A DNA stretch of 61,750 bases, the filler included, from Basidioascus undulatus (Eukaryota): the NCBI GenBank assembly GCA_000826855.1. It is 6 parts of 6 records of this genome, joined end to end, with 100 filler letters (N's around TTAATTAATTAA, not from the genome) between each part and the next. Parts side by side here need not be neighbours in the genome. Positions count along the whole stretch, not along the records: positions 1 to 26,838 come from JTLS01000178.1; 5 more parts are not named here. One strand, 5' to 3'. A program made the position numbers and the translations under genes. Within the stretch, counting starts at the first letter, position 1; each line of letters opens with the position of its first letter. Of this stretch, positions 1-12,345 are shown one piece after another. The notes under the pieces were generated by a model. That model saw only the letters and a list, made by a program, of their open reading frames with translations, did no database searches and had not been told where the DNA came from.

Positions 1-145
1 ATCTGTTCTTTCAAGTTTGACAACTTGAACGAGGTCCTTGACCTCATCATTGTCATCTTTATTTTTGAGCGCGGCCGGCGCTGTCCCTGCTTGCAAACAG
101 CGCCGGCGCGATGGCCTTGGGTTGCACTACACCTCGTGCCGTCAA
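1..145 (+). ncRNA. U2: U2 spliceosomal snRNA (5' end including the branch-point recognition sequence lies outside the window)
   Basis: Starts with ATCTGTTCTT, which follows GTGTAGT in U2. Stem IIa TTCAAG/CTTGAA (10-29), with loop TGACAA complementary to TTGTCA (50-55, stem IIc). Stem IIb GAGGTC/GACCTC (31-45). Sm site ATTTTTG (61-67). Stem III GCCGGCGCTGT/ACAGCGCCGGC. Stem IV with loop TTGCACTAC (122-130). Confidence 0.93.
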
Positions 146-628
146 CGCATTTCTTTCCTGTTGACATAACCCTAACCCTAGTATAATCGATACTCTATTA
201 TAGATATTTACTTGATCCTCGATGCAAATAAACAACCACCTCAGTAACTGAGTTACTACAGTTCAGCTTGGTCGAGACGTGCTACGAGAAGGAAGTCGAA
301 CATCGTTGCCTATGTCGCTCAGGCTGCTCTGCCTTCTGTGGTTTCGTTGATTACGTGCGCCGTCTTCTGGACACCGGGCAGACCTTCATACACTGGCCTT
401 GAAATAATTCATGCAAGGAAAAGGGCCCAGTGTAGGGCGATCGGTGTCAGATCTGTCCACGACGTCTTGGTGAAACCCAGTGAGCTGGACAGCGAAGACA
501 TTGGATTCGTTGGACTGCTTATCGACCGCGCTCGAAAGCAGACTACGAATCGTATGCGCAGCTCATCAAGAACGAAGTTATATCACATGCTCGCGAAACT
601 CAAGCACCCTTCACAACCTGCGCCGGCC

Positions 629-3600
629 CTACTTCTTCGCCTTCGCCTTCGCTTTCGCGGCGCCGGCCTTGACCTTGGCCGCCGGCTTCTTCTTGGGCTT
701 GCGGACGAGCTTGTCCTTCTCGAGGTAGCCGCTATCCTCGCTGGCGGACGCGGCATCGCCGGCGAGCGACTCGACCTCGTCCTCGACGACCGGCTCGCCG
801 ACATCGAGCACGTCCTCGTGGTCGGGCACCTCGTCCGTCTTGAGCGTCGTCGCGCCGCGGCCGCCGAGCCCCTTCTTGATGTCCGCCGCCGAGGCCTTAT
901 AGAACGGCACGGGGTGGTCGGACGCGTTGTACCTGCGCAGTAACAATGTCAGCACGGGGTCCTCAGGCAGCCCCGAAAGTCAAGAAAGAATCCGGACGTA
1001 CTTGCGAGTGAACGCCGACTTGGTTGCAGTTGGGATCTCCTTGAGCACGTCCTCCGCGCGCCGGCTACCGATGCCCAGCTCGACCATCGAGTCCCACTCC
1101 TCCCTCGAGAGGAAGTACTCGTCCATGAGCTCGATGACCTCGTCGATGCCGCCCTACCGTGCCCCACCGCATAAGCGCCACGCTCGGACGTTGAGCGAAG
1201 GAGTCTGCGACACACCTGTCCCTTCTCCTGCAGCGGCTGGACGAGCTGCGGGAACAGCGTCGGCATGTAGCTCTGCCGGATCTCGGCCCTCTCACCCGAG
1301 ACCTTGAGGCGCATGCGGATCTGGATGTCGTTGAGGGCGCGCGAGAGCTTGGCGCCCTTCGAGTTCTGGCCAAGCCATCTGAGAGAGCGCAGAGCTGGAG
1401 TCAGCATGCGGCGCAGCGAGCGTGCCGGAGAGCGACAGTGACGTACTGTGGGAATGCGATGGTGTCGCGGCCGTACGAGCCAGCCGAGCCGCCGTAGACG
1501 TGGTACGCCGGACGGACGGTCGAGTTGACAGCGTGCAGAGGCATGAGACTCCAGTGCTGCTGCGACCTGTTCGACCGCCATAAGTTAAATGCTAAGTCTC
1601 GCCCAGTCGCCGAAAAGACAACGCACCCATGAATCATCGAGTCGACGAGGTCACCGTCCGAGATGGCATCCGCCGCCATGGACGCGCGGCGCATCTTCTC
1701 GAGCTCGGCCTCCTTCGGCGGCTTGTCGCGCGAGCGGGCGATGTTGGTCTTCAGGTAGTTCTCCTATACGTCGAGCTTCTCTGTCAGTAGTGTATCGGGA
1801 GATGGGCGATGCGAAGGGACACACCTGGATGAAGAGCGGGACGAAGGAGTGATCGTGGAAGTAGTAGTCCATCTTCTCGTGAAGCGACTGCTTGTTCGTC
1901 TGCGAGAACATGTACGGCCCGAAGAGCGTGCTGACGATCGTCCACGGCGTCATGATGCTGTACTTCTCGTTCGCCTTGGCGCTGTCCAAGGGCAAAATCG
2001 CGCGTTAGCAAGCCGAGAAGCAGAAGCTCGAAGGGGAGACAGGAGACGCACAGATCCTTGCCCTCCTGGTAGTCCATCGTCGATCTCGAGAGCTTCCACG
2101 TCGAAAGCATGTTCAGCACCTGCCGGATGTCGGACTGCGAGCCCGTGATGAGCTGGTCGACGACGTTGGCGTCGATCTTCATCTTCTCGCTGCGGGTTGG
2201 CGATCATAATCAGTTTAGCCTTTGGGAAACGCAGGCAAAACGGTTGCAAAGCGTACCGGTACAGGATCGACATGATGCGCGACCGGACTTCGCTCGCCTG
2301 CGGCCTGCGGGTACGCAGACCGTCAGCAACTCGTTCCTGCAAACGAATAGACAACCGCCTGCGTACGCACCTCCTGAAGGTCATGTTGAACGTCGTAGAC
2401 ATGAAGGGCTTCATCTTCTGTGAGCTCTTGTCGTTGCAGATGCAGATGATCGGGATCTGCACAGCGCACGGTTCGCCATCAGCATCTGGAGGCCCGAGTA
2501 AGACGCAGACAGAAAGCGCGCACCCTCGTCTTCTTGATCAGCGTATTGATCGCGCCGACGCCGCCGCGGTCGCCTCCTGACATGCCGTCGCACTCGTCCA
2601 TGATGAGCACGGTCTTGTCCGTGATCTGCACGCCGTTGCCGAGATCGCGGTCGGACTGCAGCAGCGCAATCATATCAGCATTCGCATTCACTGAAAGCAA
2701 GGAGAACGCCATGCAATACCTTCGTGCCCAGCCAGCCGTCGAGGGACGTGTTGTCGATGTTGGCCGTCGTCTGGCGCAATGGCCCATCAGCACACGGCCA
2801 CAGCGAGCACGTACGTGTATGAACGACGCAAGCTCACCTCGACCAGCTTCTTGCTGCGAACGTCGCTCGCGTTGAGCTCGATCGGCGTGAATCCCGCCAT
2901 GCGCGCAGCGAGGTGCGCGGCGGTCGTCTTGCCGATGCCGGGCGGGCCGGAGATGAGGATCGCGCGGTAGGTGCCCATGAAGTCCTTGCCGGGCTTCTTG
3001 AAGTCCGACTTGAGGTTCTTGTCCCTGTTGACACGTCAGCCGGGTCAGACGCTGCGCCGGAAGAGAAGGTGCGGGGACCGCGACGAGAGGGGAACGCACC
3101 AGGCGTCGAGCCAACTCGAGAGCTTCTCGACGTTGCCCTTGTTGCCGCAGATATCCTTGAGCTGCGTCGGCGCGTACTTTGTCGTCCAGAGCTGCGCGGA
3201 AGCGGCGGGACCGGCGATGCTGTTCGAATCCCGACATCAGCCGCGCCTACGTCGAGCAGGAGTGCCCGAGTACAGCAGCGTACCTCTTGCCCTTCCCCTT
3301 GTCCATGCCGCCTTTGGCCGCCTGCTTGCGCGCCTTCTCGCGCTCGCGCTCCTCGCGCTCCATCTCCTTGGCCTGCTCCCGGATCTTCTTCTCGTCCGCC
3401 TCCATCTTCTTACGCGTCTTGTCGTCGATGTGGCCCTCGGACGTGCGGATGAGCTCGAGGTACGCGTCCTCGTCGAGCGTCTTGATGCCGTGCTTCTTGA
3501 TCATCTCGAGCTTCTTCGGGCCCGCGTCGCGCCCGAGGATGACGTACGACGTCTTGCCCGACGGCGCGCCAGTGACCTTGCTGTGATATCACAATGAGCC

Positions 3601-4920
3601 AGCCAATCAATTTTCGAGCGGAGAGGGAGAAAGTGGGGAACGTGACACTTACGCGCCATACCGTTTCGCCATCTCGGTAGCCTCGTCGCGCGAAAGGCTG
3701 TCGAGCTCGCCCGTGAAGACGAGCGTGAGCCCGGTCAGGCAATTAGGCGCGCCCTCGGGGATCTCCTTCGACCCAGGCGCAACGGGCCCGCCGCCGCTCG
3801 ACTTCTTGGCGAGGTAAGCAGCGTAGCTGTGTGTCGTCCGTCAGTCAGTCCGTATTCAAGTGCAGCACAAGAGGTGTGAACGGTGGGTGGGTAGCGCACT
3901 TGAACTTGGGCTTGGGCTTCTCGTCGTCGTCCATCTCGTCGATCTGGGAAGACGCAGTCTTCGAGGTAGACGCGGACGCTTTGGGCTGAGAGGCCGGTGT
4001 GGCCTTCTTCGCCGGAGTCGCCTTCTTGACCGGTTTGACGTCCTCCTCGCTCTCCCCGCTCTCGCTCTCGACGACCTATAAATACATTCGGAAAGCGCTC
4101 AGCCAACGTTGTGGTGATTGGGGTGCCTGATGTCCAAGGGTCAGACTCACCTTCTTCCGGCTCTTCTTCGCAGGCTTGACCTCCTCCTCCTCCACCTCGT
4201 AGTCCTCATCCTCCACCTTCTTCCGCTTCGGGCTAGGCTTGATCTTCGCCGCAGGAGCGCGAGGCGCGGGTGCAGGCGAGGGGACAGACGCCATCTCGAC
4301 GTCCTCGTCCACCGTGGCGGGCGTGGTCTGCGGAGCCTGCTTCGGTCAGTTGTGTGCGGGACAGGGGTGACTAGGTGAGGAAGGGCTTACAGAAGAGAAG
4401 AATTTGGAAGACGACTGGGATGGCTTAGAGCTGGTCGGCTTGGACCTGCTCGTCGAGGTGCATGGGTGAGCGAGACGGACGATCAAATGAACGTCTGATT
4501 GGCGCACGACGAGCTCGAGCTTTTGCTGCTACAGTCCACCACCCTCCTTGAGCATTGAACAATCCATAATACTGAACAGGAAGCAAGACTCACGCTTGAG
4601 GCTTCACATCATCGTCGCTGTCCGAGAGAACTGGAAACCCGCCCCTGCCTGAGCCAGCCGCCCACCGTTCGGGAGCTGTGCCGATTACCTTCCACCACAG
4701 TCTTCTTGTTGGTCCCACTGGAGCTCCCCGCAGAGCTGCTCTTGCGCTGCGAGTCCTTCTGCTCCGTCCATTCCCGGCGTCAGACTCCTGGCCGGCCAGT
4801 CCGTCCGCGTCCACTTCAGCTGGGGCTGACCTTGGTCGTCGACAAGGATCCCACAGGCTCCCTAGAAAAGAAGGACGTGATCGGAGCGCCGTGCTTTGAG
4901 CTCGTTGATTTAGGCGGCAT
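629..4920 (-). CDS. RFC1: Replication factor C large subunit, multi-exon
   Basis: ATG at 4920 ([13 protein letters not shown]). BRCT region ([25 protein letters not shown]), TKYAP..L..ICGNKG, Walker [24 protein letters not shown], Walker [27 protein letters not shown]-terminal RFC1 domain ([23 protein letters not shown]). Ends in a Lys-rich tail with TAG at 629. Confidence 0.96.
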
Positions 4921-5316
4921 TGTCGGATTGTGATTTGAGAGCGAACAAGCCGGCGAGGCGGAGTCTGATGAGGGCGGGAGTTAAGACGCGTGGGAGCGCG
5001 TCCCAAAGAGAGCGACGCGTTGGGACGATCGGCGGGCAGTGCTGCAGTCAATTCCGCAATGCGAAGCCGCCTCTCGAACGTGATACTGAAAATTTGGGCA
5101 AGTTTGGGGCTTTACGGTGCAGCGCGAGACACATTGATAGCTCCAGCAGGCATACTCAGTATCATTGTGTCTCTTGCTCATTGAACGCGTGGGCGGCGAG
5201 GTGAGTCAGTCGCTGTCCGCTGCCGGCGCCACGGATATGATAAATCCATGCAGCTTGCCTTCTTCCCTCTTTATCACCCTCGTCTTCTCACTCAATTCCA
5301 ATTTCGAGGAGCTCCT

Positions 5317-5910
5317 ATGGCCACCGAGCACACTTTCCGCCCCATCACACGCTTCGCCGCGGACCAGTCCTTGCTCTAAGCCATGCGGAAGGAGTGCGGC
5401 TGGGACTTTCAGAAGTCGGCGCTGGACGGATGGATGGACGACTGCGACCGAGGTAATCGCGCAATGTGGTTTTATTATGAACCCCGAGTCACCAGCGGAG
5501 GCCGCAGGGATGGGCGGGCTTATCCTCGAGGTGCGGACGCTGTCTTCTGCCTGTTCCGATCTTCCCCACCCCTCTCTGACAGCCTTGTCGTTCCCCCAGA
5601 AGCCGTCTAACCCCACCCTGGCCTCACGCTCGACCAAAACCGTCTTTCTCACGTCCCTCTTTGTCCCTGCCGCCCACCGCAAGAAGGGTTACGGCACACG
5701 CATCTTCACCCTACTCGAGTCGCTCGCAGTCGAGCAGTACGGCACGCAGCAGATCACGCTCAACATGCAGGCGAATGGGCAGAGCGTGGGGTACTACCGC
5801 GCCTTGGGTATCAGGTCATGCGCGAACCTGGGTGGTACGGCGAGGGCGAGAGGCGCTTCTTCGCGGCGTGGTTCTTAAACGCTGCGGGTATGGAAGGTGA
5901 ATTGGCGTGA
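5317..5910 (+). pseudogene. GNAT-family acetyltransferase, disrupted
   Basis: MATEHTFRPI..LL*AMRKECGW: in-frame TAA at 5377. Acetyl-CoA motif LFVPAAHRKKGYGTRIF and ..YYRALGY. Frameshifts are needed near 5470 and 5808. One GT..AG intron. Confidence 0.7.
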
Positions 5911-6757
5911 ATGAGCTGCAATACCATGGACATAGATATATGCCTGGAGTTGACGAATAATAACAATGACATCTTAAGGGTGTCTAGAAGGGCCTGCTGG
6001 TAGAAAGAAAGAGGCGTTGTGACGGGGACGGGAAGCGTGACTGCCGCCTCGTTACGTGTGCTCGACCATGTCTGGACATATCGGTGACCCCAGCCATCCC
6101 TTCAAATGTATTTTCCTGAAGTATTGGACCAACTCGTCCTGAACACATGTGTACTTTCAACCCCTAAGCATTTAACCTATGTCCGCTCTCCAGAGCGAAA
6201 GAGCAATCTCGGGCTGAAACTCATTGCTGAATCTGAGTACTCCGTTCGAGAAAAGCACAAACAAATTGCGGAGTTCATAGATTCACGGATCTTCAATAGC
6301 CCCCGATCTGTTGGAAGGTCCGCTAGCAGAATGCGCCAAGCCTTGAGCGCGCAGTGCGCCGCGGACCTGGCTTTGCCGTTTGCTTCCACTGTTGGAGGAA
6401 ATGGGACTTAGGGACATTACGACACTTAGCTAGATTTTCTCTTTCACTCTTCGACCACACTTCGCTGCGATTGGTTGGACACATAGCTCGCTTCGCCCCT
6501 TCTCCTCGCGCGCCTCGCTCCTTCTTGTCCCTCAATCGCTACCGTGCTGGAGACTGAGAGTACGCCGTTCTGTATTCACATCTCTTTCTTTTCGCTCGCT
6601 TATCCCCTCGTCTATCAGGCATCTTCTCATACGTTAGACATAATGCATTGCGTCGCTACCTGCTAGAGACTGAGGGCATCTTCTCACATCCACCGCCATC
6701 ATCACCATCCTTCCCAGCGTCACGCCCGCCCCACCTTCACAAGAGGCATCGCAAATC

Positions 6758-8097
6758 ATGCAGCACTCCGTCCCCTAGACCACCGTCTTTCTTAACGTGA
6801 CATCCTCCGCTTGATCGTCAAGGAACTGCACTCCGAGAACTCTGCTCTCTTCGACGCCCGCTCGACGACTATCGCTTTGCCGCTCTCCGCCACACGCTTC
6901 TCGATCTTTGTCTGGCCAGTCGAACTACCCGCCTTCTGGGCGGAACGGTGTCGGACATTCCGATGCGCGGTGCGGGCGCGGCAGACCTCGGACTGTGGCC
7001 TTCCGCTCAGTGAGTCTCCTTGCTGATCATTCGTCCAGGAGCCTAGTCATCCTAATTCCCTTATGCCCTCCTGCAGAGTCATTCGACTCTCCCCTCACGG
7101 GACGCCCAAGTCCGACCCTGATCTCTCCGCAGTCTTGCGCTTCATCATTACGGCAACGGCGAAGGTGCAGCCCGACACAGTCATCCTCGACCTTCGCGAC
7201 TTGGTGCTCGACGACGGCAATACTCTTCCTGATATCTCTATCATTTTGCTTTCAGCATCCATTTACGAGCTTCTGGCATACAGCCGCGATCAGGATACGT
7301 TCTTGGGGACGATCGCGTGCTTGCGGCTTGGTCGCTGGAATGAATCTCACCTCGCTCGAGTTGCGCATCTCCGAAACAGTCGAGAGGCATTTTTGTCCTC
7401 ACGCCTCCCGTGCTCCCTATGTCGCTGAGAAGCTATCAGCGAGTTCTGCATCTCTGAAAGAGTCTCGACATGCTTCTTTTTCTCATAATGCGTGGCGTTC
7501 TGTCTCCTTGCTTGAAGCAGCTCGTAGCCTGGAAGGGGGCGAGAAGAACATGCCGGCGTACATCGTGCGTGCCGAGCTTCCTGCTTGCGTCGTGGCTCTG
7601 CTGATTCCACTCCGAAAGCCCCTGATGGTCATGAGAACGGCTCTCGATGCCCTGGTCTGTGTTTACAGCATATGTCCCAGTGCATCTTGACTGACCTGTC
7701 AAACCTCACGCAGCGAATCTAGATTTCGTTTCGCTCCCTGTCCCCAGTGCGGTGCTGGACATGGTCCACTCGTTCCTGGAAGTCCGTGGTGATCACAATC
7801 AACACAATCGAAGAGCTCTATAGGGGTATGGGCCTCTCTTATTCGAACAGATTGTATGCAGCAGCCATCAACGCTCGACTGCTTGTATCGTTGCTTCGCG
7901 CTTTGATGGCTCGGCACCTCGCTCTGCCGCGGAAGGTCGTCTGGAGGTGGAGCTCTTGGAGGCACCTGGTATTTGACTGGATCTTCGGGGAATTTCACCC
8001 TTTTCGACTCTTTTGGGAATGTTCACGACATGGCAGGATCGGGTTGAGCGCGAGCGGGTCAGGGTTGCTTGAGAGCTGGGACACCTTTTCTTCTTGA
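6758..8097 (+). pseudogene. Degenerate F-box-like/lineage-specific gene, paralog of 21283-22532
   Basis: DILRLIVKELHSE, FIITATAKVQPD, AYSRDQDTFL and LPRKVVWRWSS blocks are shared with the minus-strand copy. In-frame TAG at 6776 and several frameshifts. Confidence 0.7.
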
Positions 8098-8914
8098 ACT
8101 CATTCAAGCTTTGCAAGTATTCGCATGCAGGTTTGCCTTCTGTGTTTGAAGTCCATAGCCATGATCTTGCAAGTTAGCACTGTCTGTGAGCTCCTCAGTG
8201 CGATCTCGGCACCTTCAATATGGGCGTTGAAACTGTACTATCGAGCGGGACCGAAGTGAATATTTCCTAACCCTTAGTTGGAGGGGTCACAATGCGGTAC
8301 CAGCACCATATGGGCCAGCGGAACGATTGCGATGGATCTGTTGCAGTCGTACTGCACTCAGCCGCCTCATCTGCACAGCCCATATTTCACGCCCTCTGTG
8401 GCCGACTGCACGAGAAGTTTGTACTACTGTTCTGCCTATCAATTCAATTCATAGGGGAATGTTCACGAAGTCCGGCCTCGTGTTCGGAATAGACCGAAAG
8501 GACGATGGGAACGCAAGCCTCGAAACTGCACGCTGCAAGCACAACGTAAACCAGCACGCTGGATGCTGCACATTCAAACGCCCATGCGGTCCCCCGCTAC
8601 CACGAGGCTTTACAAGCTGCGAAAATGCTAACGCCGCTACCGAGCTGAGAGACGACAAGACTATCGGCCGTCAGTACCGCAGTGAGCAGAAGCAGCAGGC
8701 TGACTGTCCGAGTGGTCAAGCTTGGAGTCATGCTGGTGGGAGTTATCGTAAGTTTTCCATCTCCGAGAGAGTCTAGCCCGCGCCGATGGCCGAGTCTGAT
8801 GCATTGCTGACGCTTTCAATGCTCGAACGCTCTCGATCCTCCCACATCTGCTCGAGTACGTTCCCCGTACCTCTCTCATCCCATCCATCATCCAAGCTAC
8901 CACTATCAGCCAAT

Positions 8915-9247
8915 ATGCTGCTCAAGCCTGCTCTCGTTCTGGTGCTCCTCGCTGCCCTGCCTACCCAACCCGGGATCGTGGGATTGCTCTCGTACGGAGC
9001 TTGCTAGACCTCTTGCAACGCGGCCTGGGTGTCTTGCATGGCCTCAGGCGGTCTCGTTGCTGGTGGGTAACGTAGCCTTAGGGTATGGCGAAATACAGTC
9101 TTACTTACCTGAAGTACCTGTAAAAGGTACTGTCACGTTTGGTGCCGGCGCGCCCGCTGCCGCAATGGCATGCAGTGATAGGACAGGGCTTCTGTGCATG
9201 GCCGCCCTGCGCTGCCGCCGCCGCCTCGTCCGTCTGAGTCGCCTGAA
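8915..9247 (+). pseudogene. Small secreted cysteine-rich protein (YGxCQTxCN..GTVTxGAGxPAA family), disrupted
   Basis: Signal peptide MLLKPALVLVLLAALP, then SYGAC*TSCNAAWVSCMASGG, intron, GTVTFGAGAPAAAMACS. In-frame TAG at 9005 sits where the family usually has Gln. Confidence 0.7.
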
Positions 9248-9613
9248 GTACCGATCAAGGTGAGCTTTTTTCTTGCTCAGAGTGATAGCATTTCTGGAAA
9301 ACTCGGTGGTCAACAGGCTGCGACCATGCCTGCTTGTCTTGTATCGTTGAACTTCGAAGCCATGCTATGTGTTGTTATGCTTGTAGAGTCGCGTGTGGCT
9401 GGTCGACAGACGAGCTGCATCTAGAATCAGCAGCTTGGCGCCTTAAGAGTCCCTGAGCCTTCAGACACAGCAGTGCAAGAAGTGCATGCTACGACTGCGC
9501 GATGTTGGAAGGGTGGCTGAAGAACAGAAGTGGTATCGTGGATCCTCATCTCTAAATATGTGTCACTCTGACCGCCCGTCTCTCCACGCCTACAAACCCA
9601 CACCCATCAAGCT

Positions 9614-12345
9614 TTATCCCATGAACGCGCTCTCCCCAATATCGACCCCAAACTCCCTCTGAGCCATCCTGCGGACCTGCGTCTCCAGCTCGTCCTCGAA
9701 CCCTCCCCCCTCCCCGCCGCTCCTCACCCAACCGACCATCGTCGTCCACCAGAAGAGCGCGTCGATGGTGAGGAGCGCGAGGCGGAAGCGAAGGTAGTCG
9801 AAGAGCGCTCTCATGGCGGACGTCCGCGTCGGGGAGGGGAAAGTGAGTTGGTTGTCGGCGGCCGAAACGGCGAGGATGTGGATTCGGTTGACGGGAGAGC
9901 CGAGAGCTTGGTTGTTGGCCTATAACAAGAGAAGAAGATGAGGTCCTCAGTAATATTCACAAAGTCTATGTGAAAAACCAGTGCGCACCTGGATGATGCG
10001 CATCGATCGGCCTGTGGTTTCGCCCGAAGACGATGTCAGCTCTCGCCCCTTGCATTCAGAAGGAAGGTAAACAAGCGTACCGATAAAGATCAGCTCCTTG
10101 GGGAACATCTCATAGTTCTTCAAGAAGCCCTTCACGCGCTCTTTCAGCTCGCGCTGCACCTCCAAGTCCGTCTTGTTGCTGCGCTTGCCCTGCGCCTGGC
10201 TGCCAGCGCCGCCGTCGAAGTGGAACGGCCGGAGGAGTGTTGCGGAGGCAAAGACTACGAATGGAAGCGTTTGGGAGTCAGCGTGGAGAAGGCGTGAGCG
10301 ATTCGAACGACAATTTACGGCCCGCGTCCCCAATGCCCCACGAGGAACAGATCGCCTGGACTGTGGAGAGGTCGCCGACGAAGAGCGAGCGCCAGAGCTG
10401 GCAGCTACAGGGCACACGGGAGATCAGCGCAGGACTCGTGACTCGTGAAAGAGGCACCAGACAATGAAGGATGAACGCACTATTGTCGCCGGAACTCAGG
10501 TTCGAGGGAGACGTAGAGACCTGCCCGAGAAGCGATAAACGATGAGAAATCGGGTATGCCGGAATATTCAGCAGGGTGTTAGGCGTACCGTGATCAATCA
10601 GGACAACCTGGTGCTTTCCGCGGCGAGTGGGATGTTTGCGGATGAGGACGTTCGAGGGCTGAGAGAGGCTGCTCAGCGAAACTGGCGCGATCGAAATAGA
10701 CGACGCAGCGGAACCTACATGAGGATCGCACTGCACAAACCCATACTTGAAGATCTGCGCGGCGAACCTGTCCAAATGCAATCCTCATCAGCACCGCCGC
10801 ACTGTTCTTTTTCCCGGTCGATCCGCACTCACACTTCGCAAACCGTCTTCACACACGCCTTCACGTCCAGCCCAGCGCCCTCCAACTTGTCCCGGTCCGT
10901 CATGCGTATCGCCCCGCCCACCCATTCCATCACGAGCAGCCGCTGCGTCGTCAGGTCGGCGACGATGCGCGGGACGTGCACCGAGTCGCGCAGCGTCTTG
11001 TCGGAGCGCACGTGGTCACCGATCCGCGTCGCGTTCGCAGCTTCGAGGAGGAATAGGGTCTCTTTTTCTACGAGTCAGAGTGGGAAAGTGTCAGGGCGAC
11101 GGGAGGAAGGGGGGCACGCATGGGCAGCGTGGGATGCAGGAAAAGGGGGAGGTACCTATTTGGTCGGAGATATATTGAGCGGCGAAGGAGAGGGGAAGAT
11201 CGAAGATGCGCTCTAGAAGAGGAGTGGGAGATGAGAGGAGCAGGAAGTGCAAGGTAGGCCTGTCTGGTTAGGCTGATGCATACCGTAGAGGTGCATCAAA
11301 GTACGAAACGCCAGAAGATCTGAACATGCCCATGAGTTTTCTATATAGTCACAGGATCTGAACAGGAATGAACGCACCCCACTTCGCATGCTTGCGAATG
11401 TCCGGCCGCTGCACCTTCACCGCTACCTCCTGCCCGTCTTTCAACACCGCCTTATGCACCTGCGCTATTGACTTCTCTCATCCAGCCCATTGCCACCGTA
11501 TCCACAGAAACAGTCAGAATGCGCCTTGCTCAGTGCTCTCATCCCCTTAAAATCAGATGTACTCACCGCAGATCCCACCGGCTTCTCATCAAACTCCACG
11601 AACACCTCCTTTATGGGTCTGCCGAGCTCGTCGCGAACAGCACGCTCGACGACTGGGTACGGTAAGGGCTCGGCATTGTCGAAGAGTTGGGAAAGGGCGT
11701 GATCTAGGGATACGGGCAGGAGGTGAGCAGGGCGAGCGCGGTGGCAGAGAAGGAAGCAGGCGAACAGGGTTTAGGAAGGATCGCGGCCTGGATGCCTATT
11801 GCCTGGCCGGCTTTGACCTGAAAATGTTGTTCAGATAATGGTCCGGCAAATGCAAGGAATGGGAATAAGGGCACATAAAGTCCACTGCGGCATGCATTTC
11901 ATGCTCAGCCAGCCTTCCCGTCCCAGTGCCTCCGAAACCACGCACCCATTCTTCTCGCAAACATACAGCAGTCGCTTCGCAGCGCGCTCGTGCAGCGCAT
12001 TGATGCTCTCGAGACTATCAGGGTCGAAGTTGAATCTGCACCCACAGTTTCAGTCCACGCAGCGCTCCGCACACGATCCACAACAGACGAGACGCACTTG
12101 TAGTCCAGCGCAATCATGGCCCCGTTCCATAGCGTCCTAGCATTCCGGGATATCGTCCGCGCATTGTACTCGTGGTCGAGATACAGGCCCACGCCCAGCG
12201 CAGACGCCGCAAGCGCAGCGGAGCATAATCTCCGGCCGGCGCGTGGATGGGCCGGAGGAGGTGGCGCTGAGGCGAACAGCCGGCATGGAGGGAATGGTGG
12301 TCGGGCGCGGAGGAAGGGCTGGGGTATGGATCCTCGTATGGACAT
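9614..12345 (-). CDS. ABC1/UbiB atypical protein kinase (ADCK1/ADCK5-like), multi-exon
   Basis: Mito-like N-terminus MSIRGSIPQPF, IALDYK, HERAAKRLL..CEKNG, IKAGQAIG, IAQVHKA.LKDGQEVAVKVQRP, VHVPRI..LLVMEWV, FVQCDPHP.NVLIR, VVLIDHG. Confidence 0.88.

Noticed and set aside
338..943. Long antisense/overlapping ORFs here and across RRP12, IMPDH and the ABC1 genes
   Set aside because: They are shadow frames expected from high GC3 codon bias.
9101..9111. ACTTACCTG resembling the U1 snRNA 5' end
   Set aside because: It lies inside an intron, with no U1 stem-loops or Sm site following.
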